Assembly (NCBI GenBank): GCA_023266055.1
Contig: JAHFRW010000005.1
Span: 13,106 to 77,105, forward strand
DNA from: Gammaproteobacteria bacterium
GTDB lineage: Bacteria > Pseudomonadota > Gammaproteobacteria > Ga0077554 > Ga007554
Direction of reading: 5' to 3'
DNA length: 64,000 nucleotides
The stretch's first letter is position 1. Each line of letters starts with the position of its first letter. A program made the translations under genes and the position numbers. Under the pieces are notes generated by a model that ran no database searches, had not been told where the DNA came from, and saw only the letters and a list, made by a program, of their open reading frames with translations. Of this stretch, positions 29,505 to 38,491 are shown piece after piece.

Positions 29505-30425
29505 GTGCTTGTAAGTCGAAGATGGTTGTTATGGCTGTTGCCGGTATTTTTGACGGCCTGTGGTACGGTAACGCCACCCCGTGATGGTGTGGCGCCGGAC
29601 GTGACGCGTGACGGCGCGCCATCCCAGGCGCAAAAGATAGATATTGCGTCCATTCCGGATGCGGTGCCACGGGCCGAGCCACGTAGTAAGTACGGTAATC
29701 CGGAAACCTATGTAGTGGCCAATAAGACCTACCGCACCCTGTCCGCGAGTGAAGGCTATCTTGAGAGCGGTATCGCCTCATGGTACGGCACCAAGTTTCA
29801 TGGTCGTCGCACCTCCAGTGGTGAACCGTATGACATGCATGGCATGACTGCTGCCCATAAAATCTTGCCGTTGCCGACCTACGCTGAAATAACCAATCTC
29901 CAGAATGGGCGCAAAGTAACGGTCAAGATTAATGATCGTGGCCCATTTCATGAGAACCGCCTGATAGATTTATCGTATGCGGCTGCCAGTAAACTGGGTA
30001 TTCTGGCTACCGGTACCGGCCTGGTCGAGGTGCGCGCTATAACGCCGGGCACCGCCATGACGGATGCGCCTGCGTTGGGTGCCGCAGTAGTAGCTGCTGA
30101 GCGCGTTAGCCTGCCCTTGGGGCAAAGATCGCGTGTGGCGAAACTCTATCTGCAGGTGGGGGCTTTTAGCAACCGCGACAATGCTGAACGGTTACGCATC
30201 CGCCTGGCGGCGGTTCCTGTGCATCCCTGCACTCACCGCACTGGGGCGTCCTGCCCGGCGGATGAAGCCGCCTCCAGCAATGCACGGATTATTGAAAGAC
30301 CAGCGGCAGGTGATTCACTCTACCGTGTGCGCCTTGGCCCGTTTGCCAGTGTTGAGGAAATGGATCGCTTTGCCAGTAAACTGAGCGGGCTGGGGATTCG
30401 GGATACTCAAGCCATCATTGACTGA
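29505..30425 (+). CDS. rlpA: septal ring lytic transglycosylase RlpA (DPBB domain plus C-terminal SPOR domain)
   Basis: Lipobox LTAC. DPBB core GIASWYGTKFHGRRTSSGEPYDMHGMTAAHKILPLPTYAEITNL. SPOR domain at the C-terminus (LYLQVGAFSNRDNAERLRIRL...YRVRLGPF). Confidence 0.85.
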   Translation: MLVSRRWLLWLLPVFLTACGTVTPPRDGVAPDVTRDGAPSQAQKIDIASIPDAVPRAEPRSKYGNPETYVVANKTYRTLSASEGYLESGIASWYGTKFHGRRTSSGEPYDMHGMTAAHKILPLPTYAEITNLQNGRKVTVKINDRGPFHENRLIDLSYAAASKLGILATGTGLVEVRAITPGTAMTDAPALGAAVVAAERVSLPLGQRSRVAKLYLQVGAFSNRDNAERLRIRLAAVPVHPCTHRTGASCPADEAASSNARIIERPAAGDSLYRVRLGPFASVEEMDRFASKLSGLGIRDTQAIID

Positions 30426-30462
30426 TCTTTTTCGTTCGGCGCAATAATCTTTTACTAAAGCG

Positions 30463-30525
30463 CACTATTGCGCACCATGTTGGCGCGCCTCCCCGCATAG
30501 GCGCGCCAACATGGTGCGCAACCTT
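30463..30525 (+). terminator. rho-independent terminator after rlpA
   Basis: Perfect 23-bp stem TTGCGCACCATGTTGGCGCGCCT/AGGCGCGCCAACATGGTGCGCAA, followed by a T-rich tract. Confidence 0.7.
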
Positions 30526-30693
30526 TTCTTTTCCCCCCGCCTTGTAAATATAATATATTGTTTATTATAAAGATATTTTTATGGCATGGAATCTGCAATT
30601 TGCTGGATGAGTGCGGTCCATACCATCGGTTGCCCGTTATTTTTTGCAAAAAATCACATCCGCCGGGCAGGACGCCCAAGTGCGGTGAGTGCA

Positions 30694-30735
30694 GGGATGC
30701 GCAGGCGACTGCAGGGATGCAGGAGGTAGAGCACG
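30694..30735 (+). promoter_or_regulatory. pair of 11-bp direct repeats TGCAGGGATGC spaced 20 bp apart, upstream of the porin gene; possible response-regulator binding site
   Basis: tgcagggatgcgcaggcgactgcagggatgcaggaggtag seen directly; function inferred. Confidence 0.3.
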
Positions 30736-30791
30736 CCGGGAGCGGTTGCCGGAACCGCCCGGCCCTGTCCGGAAACCGTAGAGGGGAAATC

Positions 30792-31907
30792 ATGAACAAA
30801 GTCACAAATACACTTTTTGCCGCTGGCCTGCTGGTCAGTGTTCCTGTAATTGCCGCAGAGGAAACGATGCCGGACAAACCGGGGGTGCCCAGCCTGGGGG
30901 CAATCATGGGGGTTTCCGGGATCAATGTGTCGGGTTATATTGACACTTCCTATAACTATTTGTCGGGTACAGGGTCATTCACTGGAGGTACCGCCAACCG
31001 TGTTTACGACAGGGAGCGTAACAGCTTCAACGTCAATATGATTGACGTGACCGTATCTTCCTTACCCTCGGACGGTGTGGGCGGGCTGGTCAACCTGAAT
31101 TTCGGCCCTGACACCAATGTTAATGCCTCGGCAGGTACAGGCGCCGCCGATGAATTCGACATCCAGGCCGCCTATGTGCACTATGCCAGCGGATCCTTCA
31201 TGGCCATTGCCGGTAAATATGTCACCCTCGCGGGCGCCGAAGTCATCAAGGCCCCGGCCAACTTGAACTACTCACGATCCATCCTGTTTGGTTATGCGAT
31301 TCCCTTCAGCCACACGGGTGCGCGCATGACCTACACCGTCAACGACAAGCTGGTGTTGATTGCCGGCATCAACAACGGCTGGGACGTGCTGAAGGAGTCG
31401 GCATCCGATGACGAAAAGACGCTGGAGCTGGGCATCTCTGCGCCCGCCATTGGTCCACTGGCGCTATCAGGCGTGATCTACACTGGTAACGAGCTAGGCG
31501 CAGCCGTTGGCAATCGCACCCTGTTTGATCTGGTCGCCACCTACAACGCCACCGACGCCCTGAGCTTTGTGCTCAATTACGACTATGCCACCCAGGAAGA
31601 TGCCGTGACCGTGGGCCAAAAGGCCAAGTGGTCGGGCGTGGCCGGTTATGTCAACTACAAGTTCACCGACACCTGGCGTGCGGCACTGCGTGCCGAAACC
31701 TTCGATGACAAGGACGGCTTCCGTACTGGCGTGGTGCAGAAGTGGGACGAAGTGACGGTGACGCTTGCCTACGCGCCCAACGCAAACGTGGAACTGCGTG
31801 GCGAAGTGCGTGGCGATAAATCCGACAAACAATCCTTCCTGCAAGCCGATGGCACTGCCAAGGACAAGCAAACTTCCGTCGGCCTGCAGGCCATTTATAA
31901 ATTTTAA
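30792..31907 (+). CDS. outer-membrane beta-barrel protein, putative porin (signal peptide, C-terminal aromatic IYKF)
   Basis: MNKVTNTLFAAGLLVSVPVIAAEE...alternating amphipathic beta-strand pattern, terminal F. RBS gagggg. The ORF-track start at 30558 is too early. Confidence 0.7.
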   Translation: MNKVTNTLFAAGLLVSVPVIAAEETMPDKPGVPSLGAIMGVSGINVSGYIDTSYNYLSGTGSFTGGTANRVYDRERNSFNVNMIDVTVSSLPSDGVGGLVNLNFGPDTNVNASAGTGAADEFDIQAAYVHYASGSFMAIAGKYVTLAGAEVIKAPANLNYSRSILFGYAIPFSHTGARMTYTVNDKLVLIAGINNGWDVLKESASDDEKTLELGISAPAIGPLALSGVIYTGNELGAAVGNRTLFDLVATYNATDALSFVLNYDYATQEDAVTVGQKAKWSGVAGYVNYKFTDTWRAALRAETFDDKDGFRTGVVQKWDEVTVTLAYAPNANVELRGEVRGDKSDKQSFLQADGTAKDKQTSVGLQAIYKF

Positions 31908-31990
31908 GGCACCCCTAAAAATTCACATTGCGTCATTCCGCCCGGGTCGGCGCCGGTGTGACGAATTTTTAGAGGTTCCCTGTAGCCAGC

Positions 31991-32029
31991 AGGCCGGACG
32001 GCGCAATGCTGTCCGGCCTGATTTTGTTG
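31991..32029 (+). terminator. rho-independent terminator after the porin gene
   Basis: GGCCGGACggcgcaatgctGTCCGGCC followed by TGATTTTGTTG. Confidence 0.7.
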
Positions 32030-32202
32030 ATGTTTTTTTGATATTTGCCAGCATTCCTCAATTTATCGGCGTGTGGGGTTTTTTGTGCGCCCGTTCCGCA
32101 GTAAAATAGCCCACCCGTTCGAATCTTTCATGCGGTCAGACTAAATTGTCGCCGTTCTGTTTTTTCAACGAAAATACCGGTTTTCAGAGGGAAGTACCCA
32201 TC

Positions 32203-33372
32203 GTGAATATTTCACTGCATCGTTTTTCTTTAGCCGCACGGCTGAAAGTTACTGGCATCTGGTTGCTATTGCTTGCCTGCACCAGCGTGGCTGCCGCCCC
32301 AACAAACGTGCCTGGCGCACCGCCGATTGCCGCGCGCGGTTACATTCTGCAAGACTTTCAAAGCGGTGCTGTGCTGGCTGCCTTGAATGCCGACCAGCGC
32401 ATGGAGCCTGCCAGCCTTACCAAATTAATGGCGGCCTATCTGATATTTGATGAGTTACGCACGGGCAAAATCAAGATGAGTGATATGGTCACCATCAGCG
32501 AAACGGCGTGGCGTATGGAAGGCTCGCGTACCTTTGCCAAGGTGGGCTCCCAGGTTTCAGTGGAAGACCTGCTTAAGGGCATGATTGTGCAATCGGGTAA
32601 TGATGCCACGGTGGCGTTGGCCGAACATGTGGCGGGTACGGAGTCTGTGTTTGCCAGCATGATGAATCAGCGTGCCAAACAATTGGGCATGACGGGCAGT
32701 CATTTCGTGAACAGTGCAGGTATGCCTGATCCGGAACATTACACCACGGCACGTGATCTGGCGATTTTGACACGTGCGCTGATTCACGACTTTCCTCAAC
32801 ATTACAAGCTCTACTCCATGCGTGAGTTCATGTTTAATGGCATCACTCAACCTAACCGCAACCTGTTGCTGGGGCGAGATTCTACCGTGGATGGTGTGAA
32901 AACCGGTCATACCAAATCAGCAGGTTTTTGTCTGGTGTCATCAGCGTTGCGTAATAATATGCGATTGATCTCGGTGGTGCTGGGCGCTACTAGCGAAAAC
33001 GCTCGCGCCAACGAAAGTCAGACGTTATTGAATTATGGCTTCCGGTTTTATCAAACGCATCGACTGTATGCGGCGAACAAACCACTTTCCACGGTGCGTA
33101 TCTGGAAAGGCGAGGCGGAAAACCTGACATTGGGTTTGAACAAGGATCTTTACCTGACGATCCCGCGTGGCCAATACAAGAGTCTTGCGGCATCAATGAG
33201 TGTCTCCCCCCAGATTACCGCCCCCGTCGTACAGGGGCAGGCGTATGGTGCGGTCAGGGTTGTGCTTGACGGCAAGGAAGTCGCCAGGCAGCCTTTGGTC
33301 GCCCTTCAGGCCATTAATGAAGGTGGTCTATGGCGCCGTTTTGTGGATTGGGTATCGCTGTTGATTGGATAG
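32203..33372 (+). CDS. dacA: D-alanyl-D-alanine carboxypeptidase (PBP5/6 family)
   Basis: Signal peptide, SLTK, SGN and KTGHT active-site motifs, and a C-terminal domain. Probable GTG start. Confidence 0.88.
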   Translation: MNISLHRFSLAARLKVTGIWLLLLACTSVAAAPTNVPGAPPIAARGYILQDFQSGAVLAALNADQRMEPASLTKLMAAYLIFDELRTGKIKMSDMVTISETAWRMEGSRTFAKVGSQVSVEDLLKGMIVQSGNDATVALAEHVAGTESVFASMMNQRAKQLGMTGSHFVNSAGMPDPEHYTTARDLAILTRALIHDFPQHYKLYSMREFMFNGITQPNRNLLLGRDSTVDGVKTGHTKSAGFCLVSSALRNNMRLISVVLGATSENARANESQTLLNYGFRFYQTHRLYAANKPLSTVRIWKGEAENLTLGLNKDLYLTIPRGQYKSLAASMSVSPQITAPVVQGQAYGAVRVVLDGKEVARQPLVALQAINEGGLWRRFVDWVSLLIG

Positions 33373-33399
33373 TCATCGTTAATATTGTTGGAGACCCTT

Positions 33400-34269
33400 A
33401 TGTCTGAATATATGCCCATCGTCTATCTACATGATGCGTTCATGCCCATTGATCAAGCCCATGTGCCGGTGCTGGATCGTGGTTTTATTTTTGGCGATGG
33501 CGTGTATGAAGTGATTCCTGTCTATTCGCGGCGCCCGTTTCGTTTGCAGGAGCATCTGCAACGCCTGCAGCACAGCCTTGATGGTATTCGTCTCCAGAAT
33601 CCTCATGCTGATCAGGAGTGGGCGGATTTGGTGACACAGTTGATCGCACGCAATGACGGCGACGATCAGTCCGTGTATATGCAGATCACTCGCGGTGTCG
33701 CCAGGCGTGACCATGCTTTTCCGCCCGGTATCAAGCCCACCGTTTTCATGATGAGCAATCCGATGACAGTACCCCCCGCAGAGTTACGTGACACGGGCGT
33801 CAGCGCGATTACAGCGCCGGATAATCGCTGGTTGCGTTGTGACATCAAGGCCACTTCCTTATTATCAAATGTCCTGTTGCGTCAATTGGCAGTGGATGCC
33901 GGTGCCGTGGAAGTGATATTGCTACGTGATCAGTTTCTTACCGAAGGTGCAGCCAGCAACATTTTTGTGGTGCAAAATGGTATGTTACTCGCACCACCCA
34001 AAAATCATCTCATGCTGCCTGGTATAACCTATGACGTCGTTATAGAGCTGGCGGTGGCAAATAATATACTCTGTGAGGTACGTCCCATTGCCGAGCATGA
34101 AGTGCGCACGGCACAGGAGTTGTGGCAAACATCCTCATTGCGTGAAGTGATGCCCATCACCCTGCTGGACGGCAATCCCGTGGGTGATGGCAAGCCCGGG
34201 CCATTATTCCAGAAAATGTACGCGCTCTACCAGGACTACAAGCAGGCTGTGCGTGCCGGTAAAGGTTAG
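33400..34269 (+). CDS. dat: D-amino-acid (class IV) aminotransferase
   Basis: MSEYMPIVYLHDAFMPIDQAHVPVLDRGFIFGDGVYEVIPVY is the class IV aminotransferase signature. RBS ggagac. Confidence 0.85.
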   Translation: MSEYMPIVYLHDAFMPIDQAHVPVLDRGFIFGDGVYEVIPVYSRRPFRLQEHLQRLQHSLDGIRLQNPHADQEWADLVTQLIARNDGDDQSVYMQITRGVARRDHAFPPGIKPTVFMMSNPMTVPPAELRDTGVSAITAPDNRWLRCDIKATSLLSNVLLRQLAVDAGAVEVILLRDQFLTEGAASNIFVVQNGMLLAPPKNHLMLPGITYDVVIELAVANNILCEVRPIAEHEVRTAQELWQTSSLREVMPITLLDGNPVGDGKPGPLFQKMYALYQDYKQAVRAGKG

Positions 34270-34273
34270 TGCA

Positions 34274-34552
34274 ATGAGTGAGAGCGCTCCCGAACCGGAA
34301 TCCCTGCTGGTATTCCCCTGCGAATTTCCCATCAAGGTAATAGGAAACGCCAGTGATACCTTTGAAGCACAGGTCCTCGAGATTGTGTGTCGCCACGCGC
34401 CAGATATGGACAAGACAGCCATCACCCGGCGTTCCAGTCAGGGTGGCAATTACCTGGCGATTACGGTCACCCTACAGGCTACCAGCCGCGCCCAGCTGGA
34501 TGCCATTTACCAGGATTTAACGGCATGCAAGCTGGTGTTAATGGCGCTGTAA
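34274..34552 (+). CDS. ybeD: YbeD/UPF0250 (DUF493) protein
   Basis: MSESAPEPESLLVFPCEFPIKVIG... Conserved position after dacA as in enterobacteria. Confidence 0.85.
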   Translation: MSESAPEPESLLVFPCEFPIKVIGNASDTFEAQVLEIVCRHAPDMDKTAITRRSSQGGNYLAITVTLQATSRAQLDAIYQDLTACKLVLMAL

Positions 34553-34558
34553 GCAAAG

Positions 34559-35704
34559 CTACAGCAACGCCGGTATTTCCTTTGCCAACGCATTCTTTTC
34601 ACCCGCCACGCTGCCGGTAACAACAAAGCCGCGCAGTTTTTCTTCGGCATCGAAATACAAGGCACGCACGCCGCCTTCCGGTGTTTCAATGCGCCATGCA
34701 CCCTCAATGCCCTGGGGTGGCGGCGACACAACCACCGGGTGTGCCGGGGTTTTCACGACAACAGGCATGGCAGGATACGTCACGGGCGTGGCCTGGCCTG
34801 CCAGCGTTTTTGCCAGTGCGCGGGCGGCGTTCATCAGCGGCATTACGAACAGCAATACCAGCCCTTCTACTTCCGCGCAATCACCCAGTGCATATACATC
34901 GGGTGCGCTGGTGGCCAGCAGGCGGTTGACCACAATGCCTTGACGTACGTGCAGGCCGGCGGTTTGCGCCAATGTAACACGTGGACGTAATCCCACACAT
35001 GACAACACAGCATCGGTGTTCAATGTGGTGCCATCCGAGAGCGTCAGTTGATAACCGCCCGCCGCGCTATTGTTTACCTGCGCCACGGTCTTGCCCAGAT
35101 GCCAATTCACGCCCAGCTGTGTCAGCCCCTGTTGCAATGCCTGCCCTGCGGGATCAGGTAACAGGCGATCCAGAGGTGTTTTGCTGGGCGCGATCACATC
35201 CACCGCCATACCCGCGTTACGCAAGTCATTGGCAAACTCGCAACCGATCAGACCCGCACCGATAATCGCCACACGTTTGGCATCACTTGTGGCCTGACGA
35301 AAACGTGTGTAATCCACAAGATCATTCACTGACATCACCGCCGATGCGGCATCACCTTCCATGGGTAGCCGGATCACATTGGCACCCAGCGCCAGCACCA
35401 GCCTGGTGTAGCTGATATCCTTGCCATTCAGGGTAATCGTGTGGCGTGTCGTATCAATAGCACTTACCCTTGCATCCGTATCAATGGTGGCATTTAATTG
35501 AGTGGACATTTGCACCGCATCGGCGGTGGCCAGTTGTCCGGGCTGTTTGCCGCTCGTGAGCGCGTTGGATAGCATGGGCTTGGAGTACGCACGCCCATCA
35601 TCCGCCGTAATGATATGCAGCGGCGTATCCTTGTCGAGTTTGCGAAATTCGCGTGCCAGCGAATAGCCCGCTAAACCGCTACCTATAATGATGATGGGGT
35701 GCAT
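34559..35704 (-). CDS. NAD(P)H:rubredoxin reductase (FAD-dependent pyridine nucleotide-disulfide oxidoreductase)
   Basis: MHPIIIIGSGLAGY...two Rossmann GxGxxG motifs (IIGSGLAGY, VAIIGAGLIGCEFA). Immediately downstream of rubredoxin. Confidence 0.8.
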   Translation of the reverse strand: MHPIIIIGSGLAGYSLAREFRKLDKDTPLHIITADDGRAYSKPMLSNALTSGKQPGQLATADAVQMSTQLNATIDTDARVSAIDTTRHTITLNGKDISYTRLVLALGANVIRLPMEGDAASAVMSVNDLVDYTRFRQATSDAKRVAIIGAGLIGCEFANDLRNAGMAVDVIAPSKTPLDRLLPDPAGQALQQGLTQLGVNWHLGKTVAQVNNSAAGGYQLTLSDGTTLNTDAVLSCVGLRPRVTLAQTAGLHVRQGIVVNRLLATSAPDVYALGDCAEVEGLVLLFVMPLMNAARALAKTLAGQATPVTYPAMPVVVKTPAHPVVVSPPPQGIEGAWRIETPEGGVRALYFDAEEKLRGFVVTGSVAGEKNALAKEIPALL

Positions 35705-35733
35705 GTTCTCTCCAATCCAATGATCGTTTTTAA

Positions 35734-35901
35734 TTAAGCGATGGGTATCATTTCGAAGTCGGCTTTCTCCACACCGCAATCCGGGCATGCCCAGGTTGCG
35801 GGGATGTCGGCCCAGCGTGTGCCGGGTGCAATACCATCTTCCGGCATGCCCATACTTTCGTCATAGATAAAACCGCATACAATACATTGCCATTTTTGCA
35901 T
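35734..35901 (-). CDS. rubredoxin (55 aa; two CxxCG knuckles)
   Basis: Manual translation: [55 protein letters not shown]. Absent from the ORF track because it is under 60 aa. Confidence 0.9.
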   Translation of the reverse strand: MQKWQCIVCGFIYDESMGMPEDGIAPGTRWADIPATWACPDCGVEKADFEMIPIA

Positions 35902-35946
35902 AATAAACTCCTTTGTGTTGAATGATAGTGTTCTGTTTAATAAAAT

Positions 35947-36420
35947 TTATCTCTTCACCTTGGCAAGCGTGGCCCGGTAATGATTCGCATGGCGCTCTTC
36001 AACCCTGGCCAATGCAGCGAAGCGTTTCGCGGCTTTTTCCAATGTGGCCTTGAAGCGCTGCGCGTGGTCAATGGATTCGGCGATCTGCTCATCAAATTCA
36101 CGTACTGCCTGTTCGTTGTTTTCCTGCATCGCCAAATGCCGGAACGTCGGATACATTTCGGTGTATTCATAGGTTTCACCGGCAATCGCCATATCCAGGC
36201 AGCGTTCAGCATTCATCTGATCCCTGGGGTAAAGCAAATCAAGATGACCAAACGCATGTTGCACTTCTTGCACGGCGGTGTCCTCAAACACCTTGGCGCT
36301 GGCTTCATCGCCCTGCGCGCGACAGATACCGGCGAAGTATAAATATTTGATATGCGCCATTGACTCGCCGGCAAAGGCGGATTCGAGATTTTTAATGGTA
36401 ATGGAATCACTGTGTTTCAT
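35947..36420 (-). CDS. rubrerythrin-family ferritin-like diiron protein (no rubredoxin domain)
   Basis: MKHSDSITIKNLESAFAGESMAHIKYLYFA...E..H diiron motifs (EVQHAFGH, EERHANHY). RBS gaggaga. Confidence 0.8.
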   Translation of the reverse strand: MKHSDSITIKNLESAFAGESMAHIKYLYFAGICRAQGDEASAKVFEDTAVQEVQHAFGHLDLLYPRDQMNAERCLDMAIAGETYEYTEMYPTFRHLAMQENNEQAVREFDEQIAESIDHAQRFKATLEKAAKRFAALARVEERHANHYRATLAKVKR

Positions 36421-36535
36421 GGTCGTGTTCTCCTCAATGTGATGGTATTTAATATGTGGTACGAACCACATGGATACATCATAGAGGCAGAGTGTCGATA
36501 GGTCTAATTGATTATTTATATAGAATCGATAGTTT

Positions 36536-37453
36536 TTAGCTATTTATATGCGTAATGCCGATGCTCTCAAAATCAAGGATTGTTTGCCGCAGCGCTTCCA
36601 CAGCCTCCGGCCGTGCATAGCTTTTGCGCCAGGCCAGTGCCACACGGCGGCTCGGCGCAGGCTTGACAAGCGGGCGTATGCTCAACATCTTGTCATGACG
36701 GCTGCCGCCTACAGAAGTGCTGGGCAGCACCGTAATACCTGCGCCGGAGGCAACCATCAAGCGAATGGTTTCCAGTGAACTGCCTTCCAGGGTTTTTTGC
36801 AGACCGTCACTGCTGCGATGACACGCCGGGCAGGCGCGTAATACCTGATCACGAAAACAATGCCCTGCTCCTAGCAACAATACCGTTTCATTGGCAATAT
36901 CGGCAGGGTTAAGCACGGTTTTTTTGCTTAATGGATGCCCCTTGGGCAACGCAACCACAAAGGACTCGTCATACAATGGTTGCGTGATAATGCCCGGTTC
37001 CTCAAACGGCAAGGCAATAATAATGGCATCCAGATCACCTTGTTGCAACCGTTTCGACAGCACGGCCGTGTAATTCTCATCAATTAATAACGGCATATGT
37101 GGCGCACGTGTACGCAGCAACGGAATCAATTGCGGTAATAAATAAGGTGCAACCGTATAAATAGCACCCAGACGTAATGGGCCTGTCAGCGGATCCTGTT
37201 CCTGTTTGGCAATGTGTTTGATCGCTGCCGCTTCATCCAGCACCCGCACCGCCTGGGCGATGATGCGCTCACCGGTTGCCGTTATGGTGATTTCATTCAC
37301 GCCCCGTTCAAACAGCGTCACACCCAGCTCACTCTCCAGTTTGCGCACGGCAACACTCAGGGTTGGCTGGCTCACAAAACATGCTTGTGCCGCACGCCCA
37401 AAATGGCGTTCGCGAGCGACGGCGACTATGTAACGCAATTCGCTCAGTGTCAT
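36536..37453 (-). CDS. oxyR: LysR-family hydrogen-peroxide sensor OxyR
   Basis: N-terminal HTH HFGRAAQACFVSQPTLSVAVRKLESELGVTLFER. Redox-active Cys pair in GAGHCFRDQVLRACPAC, aligning with E. coli C199/C208. Confidence 0.8.
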   Translation of the reverse strand: MTLSELRYIVAVARERHFGRAAQACFVSQPTLSVAVRKLESELGVTLFERGVNEITITATGERIIAQAVRVLDEAAAIKHIAKQEQDPLTGPLRLGAIYTVAPYLLPQLIPLLRTRAPHMPLLIDENYTAVLSKRLQQGDLDAIIIALPFEEPGIITQPLYDESFVVALPKGHPLSKKTVLNPADIANETVLLLGAGHCFRDQVLRACPACHRSSDGLQKTLEGSSLETIRLMVASGAGITVLPSTSVGGSRHDKMLSIRPLVKPAPSRRVALAWRKSYARPEAVEALRQTILDFESIGITHINS

Positions 37454-37628
37454 GAAAGGATCCCGGAAAAATTCAATGGCATGTCATGTTTTTTCATTGA
37501 ATAATTGTTATTAATTAATAGCTTGTACGTCTAAAGAAAAGCAATCGAACGTCGATATAAATGAATGAAGACTGGCGAATGACGCTATCTTCATGTGAAC
37601 AGTATAGGCGTACATGAGGTGTTTTAAA

Positions 37629-38441
37629 ATGGAAACTACCACGTCACCAACCCCCTTGGTTGAAACCCGTCAACCGCGTTTATTCCCGGCAAAATTACGC
37701 GCGGCGTTAATTCATGCAGGTATCAGCACGGTCATTTTCATGGCGTTTCTTTATCTGATTCTGGTCGAATGGTATCCCCCACCCTTTTTTACCACGGATG
37801 GTGGCTGGAATGGTGTTGTTATCATGGTGCTGGTCGACATTGTGCTTGGCCCTACCCTCACGTTCATTATTTTCAACCCGCGTAAATCCAGAAAAGAGAT
37901 TTTATTCGATCTGTCAATGATTGCATTGGTTCAATTCGGCGCACTTGCCTGGGGCGGATACACCGTCTACAGCCAGCGTCCGGTGGCTGTCATTGAGTGG
38001 GAGGGTGTGCTCAAGCCGCTGACCACAGAACCGTTGTATGTACAGGATAAAACCCTTGCCGATTTACAGCAGTTTAATACAGGATCAAGGCCCATTATTC
38101 GTGCTGAACCTCCCAAAACCAAAGATGAAATGGGCACCATGATGGAATTGGCATTGAATAAGGACATTGGCGAAACCCAGCAGTTCTGGATGTTTCGTTC
38201 GTTCAAGGGGGCTTTGGTCGAGATTAAAAAAAGCGCGCTGGATATCACTGCGGTAACCACAGACAATACCGAAATCAAGTCAGCACTGGATAAATTCCTG
38301 CAGCAAAACCACGGTAAAAAAGCGGAAGATTTTTTTTACCTCAAATTCGCGGGACGTTACAAGGACGCCATTTTTGTGTTTGATGCTGTGGGTGACGAGG
38401 TGGGTCATTTGATGTGGGGCGTACCGGAGCGGTTACCGTAG
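37629..38441 (+). CDS. hypothetical membrane protein (N-terminal TM pair, C-terminal soluble domain)
   Basis: RBS gaggtg precedes the ATG at 37629. No confidently recognised family. Confidence 0.5.
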   Translation: METTTSPTPLVETRQPRLFPAKLRAALIHAGISTVIFMAFLYLILVEWYPPPFFTTDGGWNGVVIMVLVDIVLGPTLTFIIFNPRKSRKEILFDLSMIALVQFGALAWGGYTVYSQRPVAVIEWEGVLKPLTTEPLYVQDKTLADLQQFNTGSRPIIRAEPPKTKDEMGTMMELALNKDIGETQQFWMFRSFKGALVEIKKSALDITAVTTDNTEIKSALDKFLQQNHGKKAEDFFYLKFAGRYKDAIFVFDAVGDEVGHLMWGVPERLP

Positions 38442-38491
38442 GATGCAAGGTGGACATCCTTCCGTGTTATTTCCGCTCAACGACAGTGTGT

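Noticed and set aside
30694-30735. Tandem repeats as a possible CRISPR array
   Set aside because: There are only two short (11-bp) repeats with a 9-bp spacer and no cas genes. This is not CRISPR-like.
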